Below are positions 1 to 10,989 of a DNA stretch of 40,035 bases, piece by piece. Every line of letters begins with the position of its first letter. The first letter of the stretch is position 1. The DNA is taken from positions 406,612 to 446,646 of the forward strand of contig CAJINV010000025.1 of the NCBI GenBank assembly GCA_905178155.1. The letters are read 5' to 3'. This DNA comes from Amoebophrya sp. A120. Its lineage: Eukaryota; Protista; Dinoflagellata. The notes under the pieces were generated by a model. The model did no database searches. It saw only the letters and a list, made by a program, of their open reading frames with translations, and had not been told where the DNA came from. The translations under genes were made by a program, and so were the position numbers.

Positions 1-829
1 TAAAGCTGTAACTTTTTTTTCACGAACGACCAAAAAAGCACAGGACGAATATCGAGCACACCGGTGCAAGCTCGAAAACCCCGGTTAGAGTCAGGCATCT
101 GGGTTTCGTAATCTCTCAGGCGTCGGCGCATTGTTTCTATTCAGATTAGCACCGCAGTACAAGGCTTAACCGCAAGAGGACCACACTCCCTACCAATTTT
201 GAAAGGCGAAAACTTTTGAGCGAGGCACTGCCGCCGATGGTGGGCCAAGTTCTTTGACGTCTGCGAAACGCGATCGAGTTCTAAAAAATAAAAACATCTT
301 ACGCATGCGCCAATCAACTATCAAAAAAGTGTGAGCCTTGTGTAAATTCATTTATTTTCCTAGTTTTTAGTCTCTTGGGTCGTCTTAGTCGGCCACACAA
401 ACGTGTGTGGCTGCGACGGCGGGAGTTGACTCTGCAGGGACCGCTTACGGAGTTAGCCCTGGGTCCCCCAAGCTAGTACTGTAGGAAAGCAAATCGAAGT
501 AGGAGCAATATGAGTCGAACGCTTTACGTTGTACCTAAGTCCCGCGGCGCAGACGAAGAAATGTGAGAAATCAAGTCAGTCGGCTGAGCAAGAACTCAGA
601 GCCATTATATATACAAGAAACGGGCCGCCCCAAGCGGGCGGCCCTCTTGATGCTCGGCGAAGGGGCCGGCAGAATGAGCGAAGATGGCGGGGAGGGCTTG
701 AATTAACTCTATGACCACCCAGAAGCAACGCCGCGCAGCAAGCCGCGCGCGGTGGAGGCGGACGGTGTTGGCTTCCATCCAAGCGGGCCCCCCGGCTTCT
801 GACAGGGAGGCCATGCGCCCGGTGGCGAG

Positions 830-977
830 TGTCCGCCCGGTGGCGAGTGTCCGCCCGGTGGCGAGAGGTCCGCCCGGTGGCGAGGGGTCCGCCCGGTGGC
901 GAGAGGTCCGCCCGGTGGCGAGGGGTCCGCCCGGTGGCGAGGGGTCCGCCCCGTGGCGAGTGTCCGCCCGGCGGCGA
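830..977. repeat. GC-rich minisatellite, 17-19 bp unit GTCCGCCCGGTGGCGAG(T/AG/GG), ~8 copies
   Basis: Tandem copies directly visible; they explain the repetitive overlapping ORFs on both strands. Confidence 0.9.
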
Positions 978-1099
978 GCGGTCGGGACGGCCGGCCGGCG
1001 TGCGATGGGCGCGCGTGGCGCCCGCGCCCCCCCGGCCATCCTGATGAATGCATGAGGCGCACTCCCCTACGTACGGCCCAAGGAAGCGCCCCACTTCGG

Positions 1100-3660
1100 C
1101 CCGCCCCGTCGGGGAATCCTCGGTGGAGGGCCATCGCGACCGCATTCAATTTGGAACCCAGAGGCCCATTATCCTAGCCCCGCCGCAAGGGTCCGGCCTG
1201 CCTGCGACTGAAGAAACGACGCCCAAGAAAAAAGGCGAGCAGCCGGCCCGCCATTTCAAGTGGGAAAAACAGGGAGACCCTGCGGCCCATTAGCAGCAAG
1301 CCCCCCGCACGGCTCGCCGGGGTGTCTTCGGATGCATGTGGGAGCGAGGGCGTCACTGCAACGAACCCCGTTCAATTTTGGCCCCTGCGGTCCATCAAAG
1401 CGCCTCCCTCGTCTTGGCGTTCGGTTTCTTCGCGACTGAAGAAGTGGCGCCCGAGAAAAAAGGCGAAAAGTCGGAAGGGAGGCCATTTGAAAGAAGGTGA
1501 CGGGGGCCCTAAGGCCCCTGAAAAAGTCCCCTGTCGGGTCGTCGGGGCTTCCCGGGTTGGGGGTCATCGCAACCCCATCCGACTGCAGCCCCCTGTCTGG
1601 ATGTTTGGTCTGCGAGTTAAGAAACAAACGGGGCCCAGGAAAAAAGGCGAGCACCCAGGCAGCCATTTTGAACGGGGTTGGTAAGGGGACCCCTAAGGCC
1701 CACTAAAAAAGGACCTCTGAGGCCCACTAAAATAAAAAGTCCCCCCCTGGGTCGTCGGGGCTTCCCCTGTTGGGGATCATCGCAAGCGCAACCGATTTTG
1801 GCCCCTCGGGCCCACTAAAAAACGCCCTTTCTGGGTGTTCGGTTTGCGACTGCTGAAACGGGGGGGCCCAAGAATAAAGGCGAGCACCCGGCTAGCCACT
1901 TCAAACGGGGCAAATCAAGGGGACCCCGAAGGCCCATCAAAATGTCACCGGCTGGGCCATCGGGAATTGCTCGGCTGGGGGTCATCCCAACCCCAAACAA
2001 TTTCGACCCCTCGGGCCCACTAAGAAATCCGTCGTCTGGATGCTCCGTCGTCAACAATTCCAAGGGAAAAGACCAAAAATCCCAAAGGGGGGAAGGCGGG
2101 GGGAATACGGGAAGGGCTTTGCCATTCCAACTCCATGCGAGCGATTTCGGCCCCTCCCTCAGGCCCATTGAAAAGCCCCCCTTTCAGGGCCGCACGACTT
2201 TCGTCATTATTAGCGCCGGAACTGTAGCAGTCAGCTCGACGCCCCTCCCTCAGGTTGTTCCGAAGTAGGCGGGGGATGTTCCGAAGCAGAGAAAAAACCA
2301 AACAACCCCGACCCCAAAAGCCCCCGGCGCCCCCCCCCGCGGTTGTCTTTCGTTTCAGCATGGACGCGGAAAGGGCGCATGGCCTGGAAACCCCTCCGCT
2401 GCCTGGGTGTTCCTATTTTTTTGGCCAGCAAATCCATAAAAGAAAAAAGTCGAACAGCCGGCCAAGAAAAGGCGAACACGAAGCGCGGACAGACAAAAGC
2501 GAAAAGGCCGGCCAACCATCTCAAACGGGGTATGTAAGGGGATCCCCAAGGCCCACTAAAATAATAGCCCCGCTTTGGGTCGCCGGGCGAGGTTTCCTCG
2601 GACGATTGGGGGTCATCCCAATCTCAACCGATTTCGACCCTTAGGGCCCACTAAAAAATCCTCTTTCTGGATTTTCGGTTTGACTGTTGAAACGGGACCC
2701 AAGAAAAAAGGCAACCACCCGGCCAGCCATTTCAAAAGGGGAAAGGGGACCCCTTAGGCCTACTAAGCAGCCCCCTCTTGGGCCGCCGGGGTTTCCTCGG
2801 TTCGGGGTCATCGCAACCCCAATCGATTTCGACCCCTGAGGCCCACTAAAAAACCCCCTTTCTGGGTGTTCGGTTTGCGACTGCTGAAACGGGGCCGAAG
2901 AAAAATAAAAGACGAACACCCGGCCAGCCATTTTAAACGGGGTAAGGGGGCCCCGAAGGCCCACTAAAAAGTCCCCTGTTGGGTCGCCGGGGTTTCCTCG
3001 GTTCGGGGTCATCGCAACCCCAATCGGTTTCGACCCCTAAGACCCACTAAAAAACCCCCTTTCTGGGTGTTCGGTTTGCGACTGCTGAAACGGGACCCAA
3101 GAAAAAAGGCGAACACCCGGCCAGCCATTTTAAACGGGGTACGTAAGGGGGCCCCGAAGGCCCACTAAAAAGCCCCCTGTTGGGTCGTCGGGGTTTCCTC
3201 GGTTCGGGGTCATCGCAATCCCAATCGATTTCGACCCCTAAGGCCCACTAAAGAGCCCCCTTTCTGGGTGTTCGGTTTGCGACTGCTGAAACGGGACCCA
3301 AGAAAAACGGCGAACACCCGGCCAGCCATTTCAAACGGGGTAAGGGGCCCCTAAGGCCCACTAAAAAGTCCCCTTTTGGGTCGTCGGGGTTTCCTCGGTT
3401 CGGGGTCATCGCAACCCCAATCGATTTCGATCCCGAAGGCCCACTAAAAAATCCCCTTTCTGGGTGTTCCGTTTTCAATAATTCCGAGGAAAAGGGCCAG
3501 AAATCCCAAAGGGGGGGGGATAGCGGGAGGGAATGCGGGGGGGGTTGGGGGGGGGTTGCCATTCCAACCCCATGCGATTTCGACCCCTAAGGCCCTATAT
3601 AAAATCCCCTTTTCAACAGCAAAGAATTGTCATCATTATTAGAACTGTAATTTATCATTA
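1100..3660. repeat. Diverged ~200-bp tandem satellite organised as two larger blocks
   Basis: Motif GGGGTCATCGCAACCCC..GATTTCGACCCC..GGCCCACTAAAAA recurs (TCGCAA at 2811, 3012, 3213, 3409; spacing 196-201). Both blocks end in the same ~160-bp tail (2057-2213 and 3480-3640). Confidence 0.85.
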
Positions 3661-3687
3661 TAGCGCAATGAATGCAAAAGCAAACAT

Positions 3688-4029
3688 GGACGAAATTTAT
3701 CTTCCTCGTTATTTTGGCCCAAGCTACGCGGGGGGTGCGGGCAAGTACGTACTTATTCAAAAAGGCCGGCCCCCCTATGCGTGTAAGGCTTGGATCGGGA
3801 CACCTTGCAGCACGAAAGTCCTCCTAAAAAAAAAAGGCGCCGCCGCCGTATTATCTGAAAGAAAACGAAAACATGAAAGGCCGGGGCGCTGCGGAGAAGC
3901 CGCCGCAGGCACGCCTCTCACCAAGTCGGACGAAGTTTATCTTTCTCTTTTTTTCGGCCCAAGCTACGGTGGGGGCGCGGGTACCTACCAAACAGAACCG
4001 GCCCCGCCCTTACGCGTGTAAGGCTTGGG
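3688..4029. repeat. Imperfect ~105-bp direct repeat pair
   Basis: GGACGAA.TTTATCTT..GGCCCAAGCTACG..GCGTGTAAGGCTTGG at 3688-3793 and 3928-4029. Confidence 0.75.
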
Positions 4030-4381
4030 CCGTGCCACTTTTGTGGCGCGAATTTTTTGGAGCCGCCACCGCTACCGCCCCGCCTCCAGCTAGTAGGCAA
4101 AGGCGAAGGCCCATTTTTGTCCTCGAAAGCAAACTGCTTTCTGTGCCCAGGGCCGCAAGCACATAAATACCTCCGTAGTACGTCAAAAGCCTTAATATAG
4201 TTTTAGTTCTATCTGCTTCATCAAGCAGACTGCTTGGCCCAACAATTCTTCACATCTGTGAGACACATACTAACGATGTCTTTTTCAATCAGTATCAGAT
4301 TTTTCAGCTCAATTTTTCAGTGGGACAGAAACTCCGAATTCTGTACACAACAGCAGGCATTAATTATGCGTGATGTAGTTG

Positions 4382-4590
4382 TATCGCAAGAAAGAACTGT
4401 TTCACTGTAAACCTGTGACGCAGAGAACGAAACACCAAAGTGTTTGTCTTGCTACACCTGCAACGCAATGGCTTTTTAAGCGTGTTTTCCCTTGGGAAAC
4501 GCGCATGGCAAATTTTCTGTGTCATGTGTAAGAAACTTGTGATGCAGATCTTGCAAAACCATCACAGTGAAGCAGTTTTTTCGTGGGATA
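4382..4590. mobile_element. TIR element, family D
   Basis: TATCGCAAGAAAGAACTGTTTCACTGT...ACAGTGAAGCAGTTTTTTCGTGGGATA; flanks AGTTG/TGTTG. Confidence 0.8.
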
Positions 4591-4650
4591 TGTTGATATA
4601 ATTCGTCGTCCGAGTGCCGTCGCGTGGAAGACAGCCCCGCGCACTTCCTC

Positions 4651-4974
4651 TATCAAAGTGAAAAAAGCCCCCACCCCATATCGGAAACGGAAGATTCGCG
4701 AATTTGTGATGCTGTATTTGAGTACACAAATCGACGTGTATTGCTAGAAGGCCAAGAGACGAAGCTGCGGCCTAAATTGCAGGCAATCTGTCATGCTGTT
4801 TCCCACTTCCAGTTGCCTCCTGTCATCCTGGCGCTGCAAGGCTTTCCCACGTTAGGCAGCACTACAGTCCGGCGCATCTTTTGCCTTCTAGCATCACAAA
4901 GCTGATTTGTGGCCACAAATCTGCATCACAGATTTCCGTTTTGATATGGGGAGGGGGCATTTTTAATTGTAATA
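4651..4974. mobile_element. TIR element, family B
   Basis: TATCAAAGTGAAAAAAGCCCCCACCCCATATC...GATATGGGGAGGGGGCATTTTTAATTGTAATA; direct repeat TCCTC. Confidence 0.9.
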
Positions 4975-5719
4975 TCCTCGAATGCTATGCGATAGGTATC
5001 AACCTTGAAACACTATCATGTCCGCAGCGTCTTGCCAAGGTCTTCGCCTATGTGGCACATGTGCCACCAGACGACTCCAGCACCGACGCAGAGCTTTGAA
5101 CCCCTCGCGGGGCTTCCCGCCCGTGGGCACTACGAAATTTCGTATAACGCCGTACCTGGTGGCAGGCACGCAAAAGCATCTGTCAGAGGGCATGATGCGT
5201 GATGTGTGAGACTACATTCAGCTTGCCGCTGAAGCTGCTTCACATCTAAAGACCGTGGCGCAAGTATCGATCGAAATGACGCTCGCAGCGAGAACCGCAT
5301 TGGTGCAGACATCAGGAACAATAAGGAATTGATTTTGCCGGAGCTCACACAGACGCCCGCCCCCCTAGGGGACGCGTAGGCTCCTCCAGGCTCCGACGTT
5401 CACATGTTCTTGAGATGATCGCGCGGTCCTCTTGAAAGTAGACCCAGCAAATTCACAGAGGGGCGCTACACACTTTTGCTCGTCCGCCGAAAGCGTTTGG
5501 GGGCGGGATTGCTTTATTCCCGCTGTCACGTTAATAAGTATCTTCGGACGTTTTTTGTCGGTTTTCTTTGTAAAAAAATGACGCACGAAGTAGAAATATT
5601 TGTCGCTCGCGCCGCCGTGGAGGGGGCACAACGGCGCGGGATATTCTTCATAACTATAGAGCAGTAGAAATTTTAGAAACGGAGAGACCAAAGGAACATC
5701 GTGCGAAAGGCAGTGCGCT

Positions 5720-6195
5720 AACTAGAATAGGGAATCCACAACGCCCCAAGGATTTTGCCTCTGAGGTAGTACATCCGTCGCCAGATAGGGTCCTGGGGGT
5801 TTCAGGTAGAAAGACAGCCAGGCAGAATGAAATATGACCCCTCGGTAGACATAGATCCCGGGGGTGGGAGATAAATCCCCAGGGAGAAAGACCCCCAAGT
5901 AGATAGATTCACAGGAGGGCTCCCAGGGACGGAGACACACCCCCAGGGACATAGATTCTCAGTGAGATGCTTAGACTTAGAACCCCAGGGAGATAGGTGC
6001 CCAGGGATTTAGTTTTCTTCTAGGGAAATAGCCCCCCAGGTAGATTGATAACATAGACCCCAGGCACTGACTTAGGTAAACTCCAGTGAAGTAGGGCCCG
6101 AGGCTGGCAAGCAGCCCCCCAGGTATGGGAAGGCTTTCAGCGGTAGAGCCCAAGGTATGGGCAGGCGTGCAGGTAGGCCCCCAGGTATGGGCAGG
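5720..6195. repeat. Degenerate CCCCAGG/ATAGAT-rich minisatellite tract
   Basis: Many CCCC(A)AGG and ATAGAT words; three copies of CCC.AGGTATGGG.AGG at ~6116-6195. Confidence 0.55.
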
Positions 6196-7967
6196 AGCTG
6201 CGCCCCCTGCGCTCGGCTGGCTTTATTCTACCTGCCGGGCAGAACTGGCAGCGCCTTCTTCCGCTTTGCTAGCTTTCCCTTCCCACCCTCGGCCGGAAGC
6301 GCGGCTTTAGTTGGAAGGCAAAGGGGCCGAGAGCATGCCAGGAAGCTACATGACCCGGAGGCCGTGTTGGCTTTGTGCGCCCTCCCCTCAAATATGGAAT
6401 GATCTCTCAAGAGCGCCGCTGTGCCACATTCCCCCGAGCTGGCGGGCCCGGGTAGATGTGTTTTCCCGCGAAACCCCCCGGGTGCCTCCTGTTTCTTGCC
6501 TTCGTGTGGGCCTGCAGTCGTGCGCGTGGCCCCGCTTCTCGCCGGGCCAGGCTGGCCCCATTTACTGGGGTGGGGACGCACCGCGCCGCCTGCCAACAGC
6601 CACAAGGCTGCGCAAGGAGAGCACAGACAGCAGGCATGTGGGGACAGCCACTGGGCGCCAGACGCTTCGCAAGCGCGCCCGGGACAGCAACATGGCCGCG
6701 GTGAGTCTGGGGCCGGCACGCAGTCGGCGGCCCGTTGTCCCTCCGCTACCAAACACAGGCCAAGGGGCGGCGGGGGTGGTTAGCACGAGAGCCGCCGGCC
6801 AGCAGGGACCTAACTAAGATGGGCGCGCACATCGAGAATGCTACCTGGCTACTTCATTGGCCGGCATTCGGTGATGTTGAGCCGGAGCAACGAACGCAAA
6901 AGAGCAAAGCGCAGGGGCTGGAGTGTAACATCTGCACCTACTCCGCACGGTTCGGGCGCGGTATTTTGTAGCGTGCGTCTCCGTGCTTTAGGCGCCTGGT
7001 GCGCAGCTGTATTTTAGGCGCCGGCCGGAGAACAAAACCTCTAGGAATGGTCTCGAAGGTCTCGCCTTGCGTTGGCTCAACATGCAGTAAAAAGGCGGAA
7101 GGGCAACGCGTGGGGTTATATATTGCCGAACCCAGGCAAGGGCAACATTTGAACGCACTGAGAAAATGCCGCCCAGAATTTTTTCTGCGTGGGAATCTGC
7201 GCAGTTTTTTTCAGTAGGAGACCAAAAGCTCTAGAGGTCGACCTCTAGTGGTCGCCCTCTCCTTTTGGTCAACTTTGCTCAGCCGTTCGCCCGCGATAGG
7301 CGAAATTTTTTCTCGGACCTCTAGAGGCCGCTCCTCTCCTTTGCTATAGGTCTGGAGTATACTGTCGGGCGAAAAAATGACAAAAAAACCGAAAACGCCC
7401 GACCTCTAGAGCTCGCCCTCATGTTTTGGTCAGAATTGCTATAGCTTAAATCACTCCCAGCATCGTGATTGACCAATTTTCAAAGAGTCGCCGTTTTTGG
7501 GTTTGGTCTCGTTTTCGTCAGATTTTGGTCAAGTTTTGGTCAGAATCTTATCGGGATTTGGATTCTCATTCCTTTGGTGTCTCCTTTTTTCACAAGTTGC
7601 TACGAGTCTATAGTTCTTTAAAACTATGAAAGAGAGGACTATGAACAAGTTTGCTGCTAGAACTCGGTCCTCACCTCTCCATCCGGCGCCAAGTCGGCTC
7701 TCAGAACAAGATGGAGGCTAAACAAAAAGAACGCGCTCGGTTGCAAATATAGTACTCCTGCAGGAGCAGCTACAGGGTAGTAGTTCCTCCCTGCGTGACT
7801 TTCAACATCTAGGTGCGCCAGAAAGTCGATCTTCGGTCTCACATTCACTCTCATCTCTGTATAGTACTTACCAATATGCTCATGCTTTTTAGAAGAGGGT
7901 CACAAAATGTCCGCTTAGGTCCTCAGGGGACCTTCGACCCACCCAGCTGGGTGGGCCTTAGGTCCCC

Positions 7968-10314
7968 TGCCCTAAAAATTATTATAAGGCAACAAGGGGC
8001 CTAGACGTGACCGGGCGGGCCACGTCCGTCCGGTCGGCCGAACGGCACCTGACCGGGAGTCAGTAGGTCGTGGCCCTCGGAGGTGGTGGCCGCCGGGAAG
8101 CGCGCACCCGGGCAACTAAGAAAAAAAAGATCAGCACGAGCGTGGCACTTCACTGGAGCAGCGCCTCTCTTGCCCACGCTCCCCTCCGGACCCGGTCACG
8201 CAGCCGGGGGCCGTCAGCTAGCTCCTGGGAGTATTCCACGCGGGCGACCGGTCGCAAAGCGTTTAGGGTTTACCGCTATAATAGGCATGCATGCGGATTC
8301 AAATATATGTTTCCGATTTAGGGTCCAAGGGTTTTTGTATGGCCAATGTGGCGCAAGCGTCAATGCTCTGGTGGTGTCGGCCCACTGTTACAATACACGG
8401 CGCGACCCCCAGCGAATCACGACCGGAGCACACACACGGATACCGATACCAGCTAGCCGGGGCGCTCAACTAAAGAAAGAAGGTCATGACGAGTTCGGCC
8501 TTTCACGGAAAAAGGGACGACTCTTACCCCTGGTCTGCCCCCGGTGACGCGAGCTTTTAGCCTGTGCTCCCATCCAACAAATAAAAAACAGGTCATGCGT
8601 TCGGCCTCTCACGAAAAAAAGGCATGAATCCTCCCCCCGTGCTCCCGCCCCGGTCGCGAGGCCGCCGGCTGTCTTGCTCCGGCGGCTCTGCACATTGATC
8701 CAATGGGGCGGGGTTTTTTTTTAAAAGAAAGGAGCCCCCCTCTGTACATAGCTGCTACGGGTGCAGCGGCGCAAGGAAAGGCCAGCGCTGCTTAACCGAT
8801 GGCCGCAGCTGTTGCTGCATTCAGCGCCAAAATCGCCCCGAGGCAGGAATGCCCCCGGTCATGTGCCGTCCGGCCGGCCGGACGGACGGACGTGACTCAG
8901 GCGGTAGCACCCCGGGCGGATTTTCCTTCTAAAAATGGGCTAAAATTCCCGGTCTTTCAAAAAATTGCAAAGGTGCGCGCCTGGCCCCGTCCGCCCTCTG
9001 TTTCCTGTTGCCGCCTCCTTGTGTGGGCCCTGTTTCGATTCCGAAGCGCCAACAGGCCCCCGCCCCTGGTGTTTCGGCTTGGCGGTTCCCCCGGTTCCCT
9101 TTGTCTCTCTCACTCGCGCCGGGCGCGCAGAAATTTTAAAATTTAAAAATTCGCCCCGTTTTCGGGGAAAACAAATTTTGTTTGGCATTCCGGTTGTCGG
9201 CCGGTCGGGGTGTGTTGCATGCGCATGGTGGCCGTGCAAGGGGTTGTAGGGTTATGTCGCAGGTAGGACAGTTTCGGGGGAAGCGTCGCCACACCTTACT
9301 CGTGTTCCCCCCGAACACAAGTTAGGTGTGTTGCAGGAGTAGATGACGCTTTGTAGGAGACGGCGTTCGAGCCTGGTGTTGGAGATGATGTTCTATATGC
9401 ATGTCGAACATCATTTCCAAACATCACCTACATTCCGCTACGCCCGGCGGGAATGTTTCGCATGGTCCAGTTTTAGAAGATCGGAGCAATTCCCGTTTTC
9501 GGCTTCTAAAACTGGTCACATTCGGCTTCTAAAATCCCGGACGCGCGGCTTCTAAAATCACAAAACAGGCAAATCGTGCGGGATTTTGCGTGTTCAGTGA
9601 TTTTAGAAGATTTTTAGAAGCCGGACATGGTCCGGGATTTTCCCATCTCCGGCCTGGGAATTAGAAGAAAACTAGAAGATTTTTTAGAAGGTAAATTAGA
9701 AGTGCACTTTAGAAGGTTTTTTAGAAGCCATTTTAGAAGGTTTTTTAGAAGCCATTTTAGAAGGTATTTTAGAAGGTGTTTTAGAAGGTTTTTTAGAAGG
9801 TAGGCGGGGAAAGCAGTGTCGTGGTCATTCCAGAAGTGAAAACTAGAAGCCACCTCCGCAGGTGGCTTCTAAGATTTGCTTCTGAACTGGCTGCGAGCAA
9901 TATCCTGTTTTTGGAGTTTCCCCTGGAGGCGCGCTCGAGATTTTCCTCGAGTACAGCGCCGGCCTCGGAAGCTTCCGAAAGCAGGCCGCCCCGCTTGTGG
10001 TTGTTTGTCGTTTATCCTAGCCCGGGGTGATGGGGTGGTGGTCGTGTCGGTTTTGTGGCGATGGGTGTCCGAAGCCATTGCGGCACCAGGGTGATGGCAT
10101 CGGGCCTCCTTGCTGCGTTGCAGGTTGTCTGTCTTGCTCCGGGTGCGGGGCAAAGGTTGCGCTTTGGGCAGAAGATTCGGGAGCGGCAAAATTTGAAAAT
10201 CCCGGGAAAATTAGAAGCGTTTTAGAAGCGGGGGCCGCCCGGGTGTTTCCCGCCTGACGTGACGCCCCCGGTCACGTCTAGGCTCCTTGTTGCCCTGTTG
10301 TAAGTTTTGAAGCA
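7968..10314. mobile_element. ~2.35-kb non-coding element bounded by ~55-bp imperfect inverted repeats
   Basis: AGGCAACAAGGGGCCTAGACGTGACCGG (~7987-8014) is the reverse complement of CCGGTCACGTCTAGGCTCCTTGTTGCCC (~10268-10295), extending imperfectly outward. Internal CCGGTCA/TGACCGG words; no convincing ORF. Confidence 0.6.
9470..9880. repeat. TTTAGAAG / CTTCTAAA minisatellite (12-bp period in the core 9705-9800)
   Basis: Tandem TTTTAGAAG(G/C)nn units with inverted CTTCTAAAA copies upstream. Confidence 0.8.
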
Positions 10315-10452
10315 CATTCGCTCTCATCTCTGTATAGTATTTACCAATATGTTCATGCTTTTTATATTTTTGAAAAGATCTTATCATGTGCCTCGAAAGA
10401 AGTGATTTCACTACAGCTTTGATGTCGGTGCTTCATCATGTGGCCGCGCAGG

Positions 10453-10572
10453 AATGGACTGCAAAAGTATCGTACTAGTAGTAATTATCGCATTACAAAT
10501 TCACTCAGCATGACAAATGGAGTTTGTCAGTCTGTTTTCCCTTGGGATGGGGATTTGTAATGCATGACTGCG
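10453..10572. mobile_element. Truncated family C element (one TIR only)
   Basis: ATGGACTGCAAAAGTATCGTACTAGTA matches the family C terminus and interior; no partner TIR. Confidence 0.6.
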
Positions 10573-10989
10573 ATTTCAGTATAGCTCCGATGTCGGTCGT
10601 CCATGATGTGGCCTCGCAGGAGTATGCTTACTGGGCAAGAACAACCGTGCCGAAACTTACTGTTAAAAAGCTTGGGGACAACATCTACATCGGTGTGCTG
10701 TGGTGAGCTTCGGTTCAGTGTGCAACTAGTCGATATTATTTCAGTCGTCGTGCGCGCGGTCGTGCCATCTTATTTGATAAAATCTATCTATGAAAATAAG
10801 CTACATTGGAAAATAGTAGGCAAATTATAACTTCCAGGCCGCTGCTCCTCGCATGAAATGCAAATGTAGTTCTATATACCAACATTGTTTCTTGTTACAT
10901 CTTGAAGAACAACTAACTTACGTTTTCATCACCTGTACTTGAGTATTTAATTTATCTTTCCAAGAGTACAACTTCTATCTCGTGCTCGC

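Larger units (their letters stand above)
4320..5099 (+). pseudogene. Possible decayed ORF fragment with a C..C..H..C zinc-knuckle-like motif (non-LTR retroelement C-terminus-like)
   Basis: After removing 4382-4595 and 4651-4979, one frame reads ..INYA*CS*YNSSSECRRVEDSPAHFLECYAIGINL..; the two TGA stops could be decayed CGA codons. Confidence 0.3.

Noticed and set aside
529-4166. Many overlapping GC-rich ORFs
   Set aside because: They lie in minisatellite and satellite DNA, with no recognisable domain.
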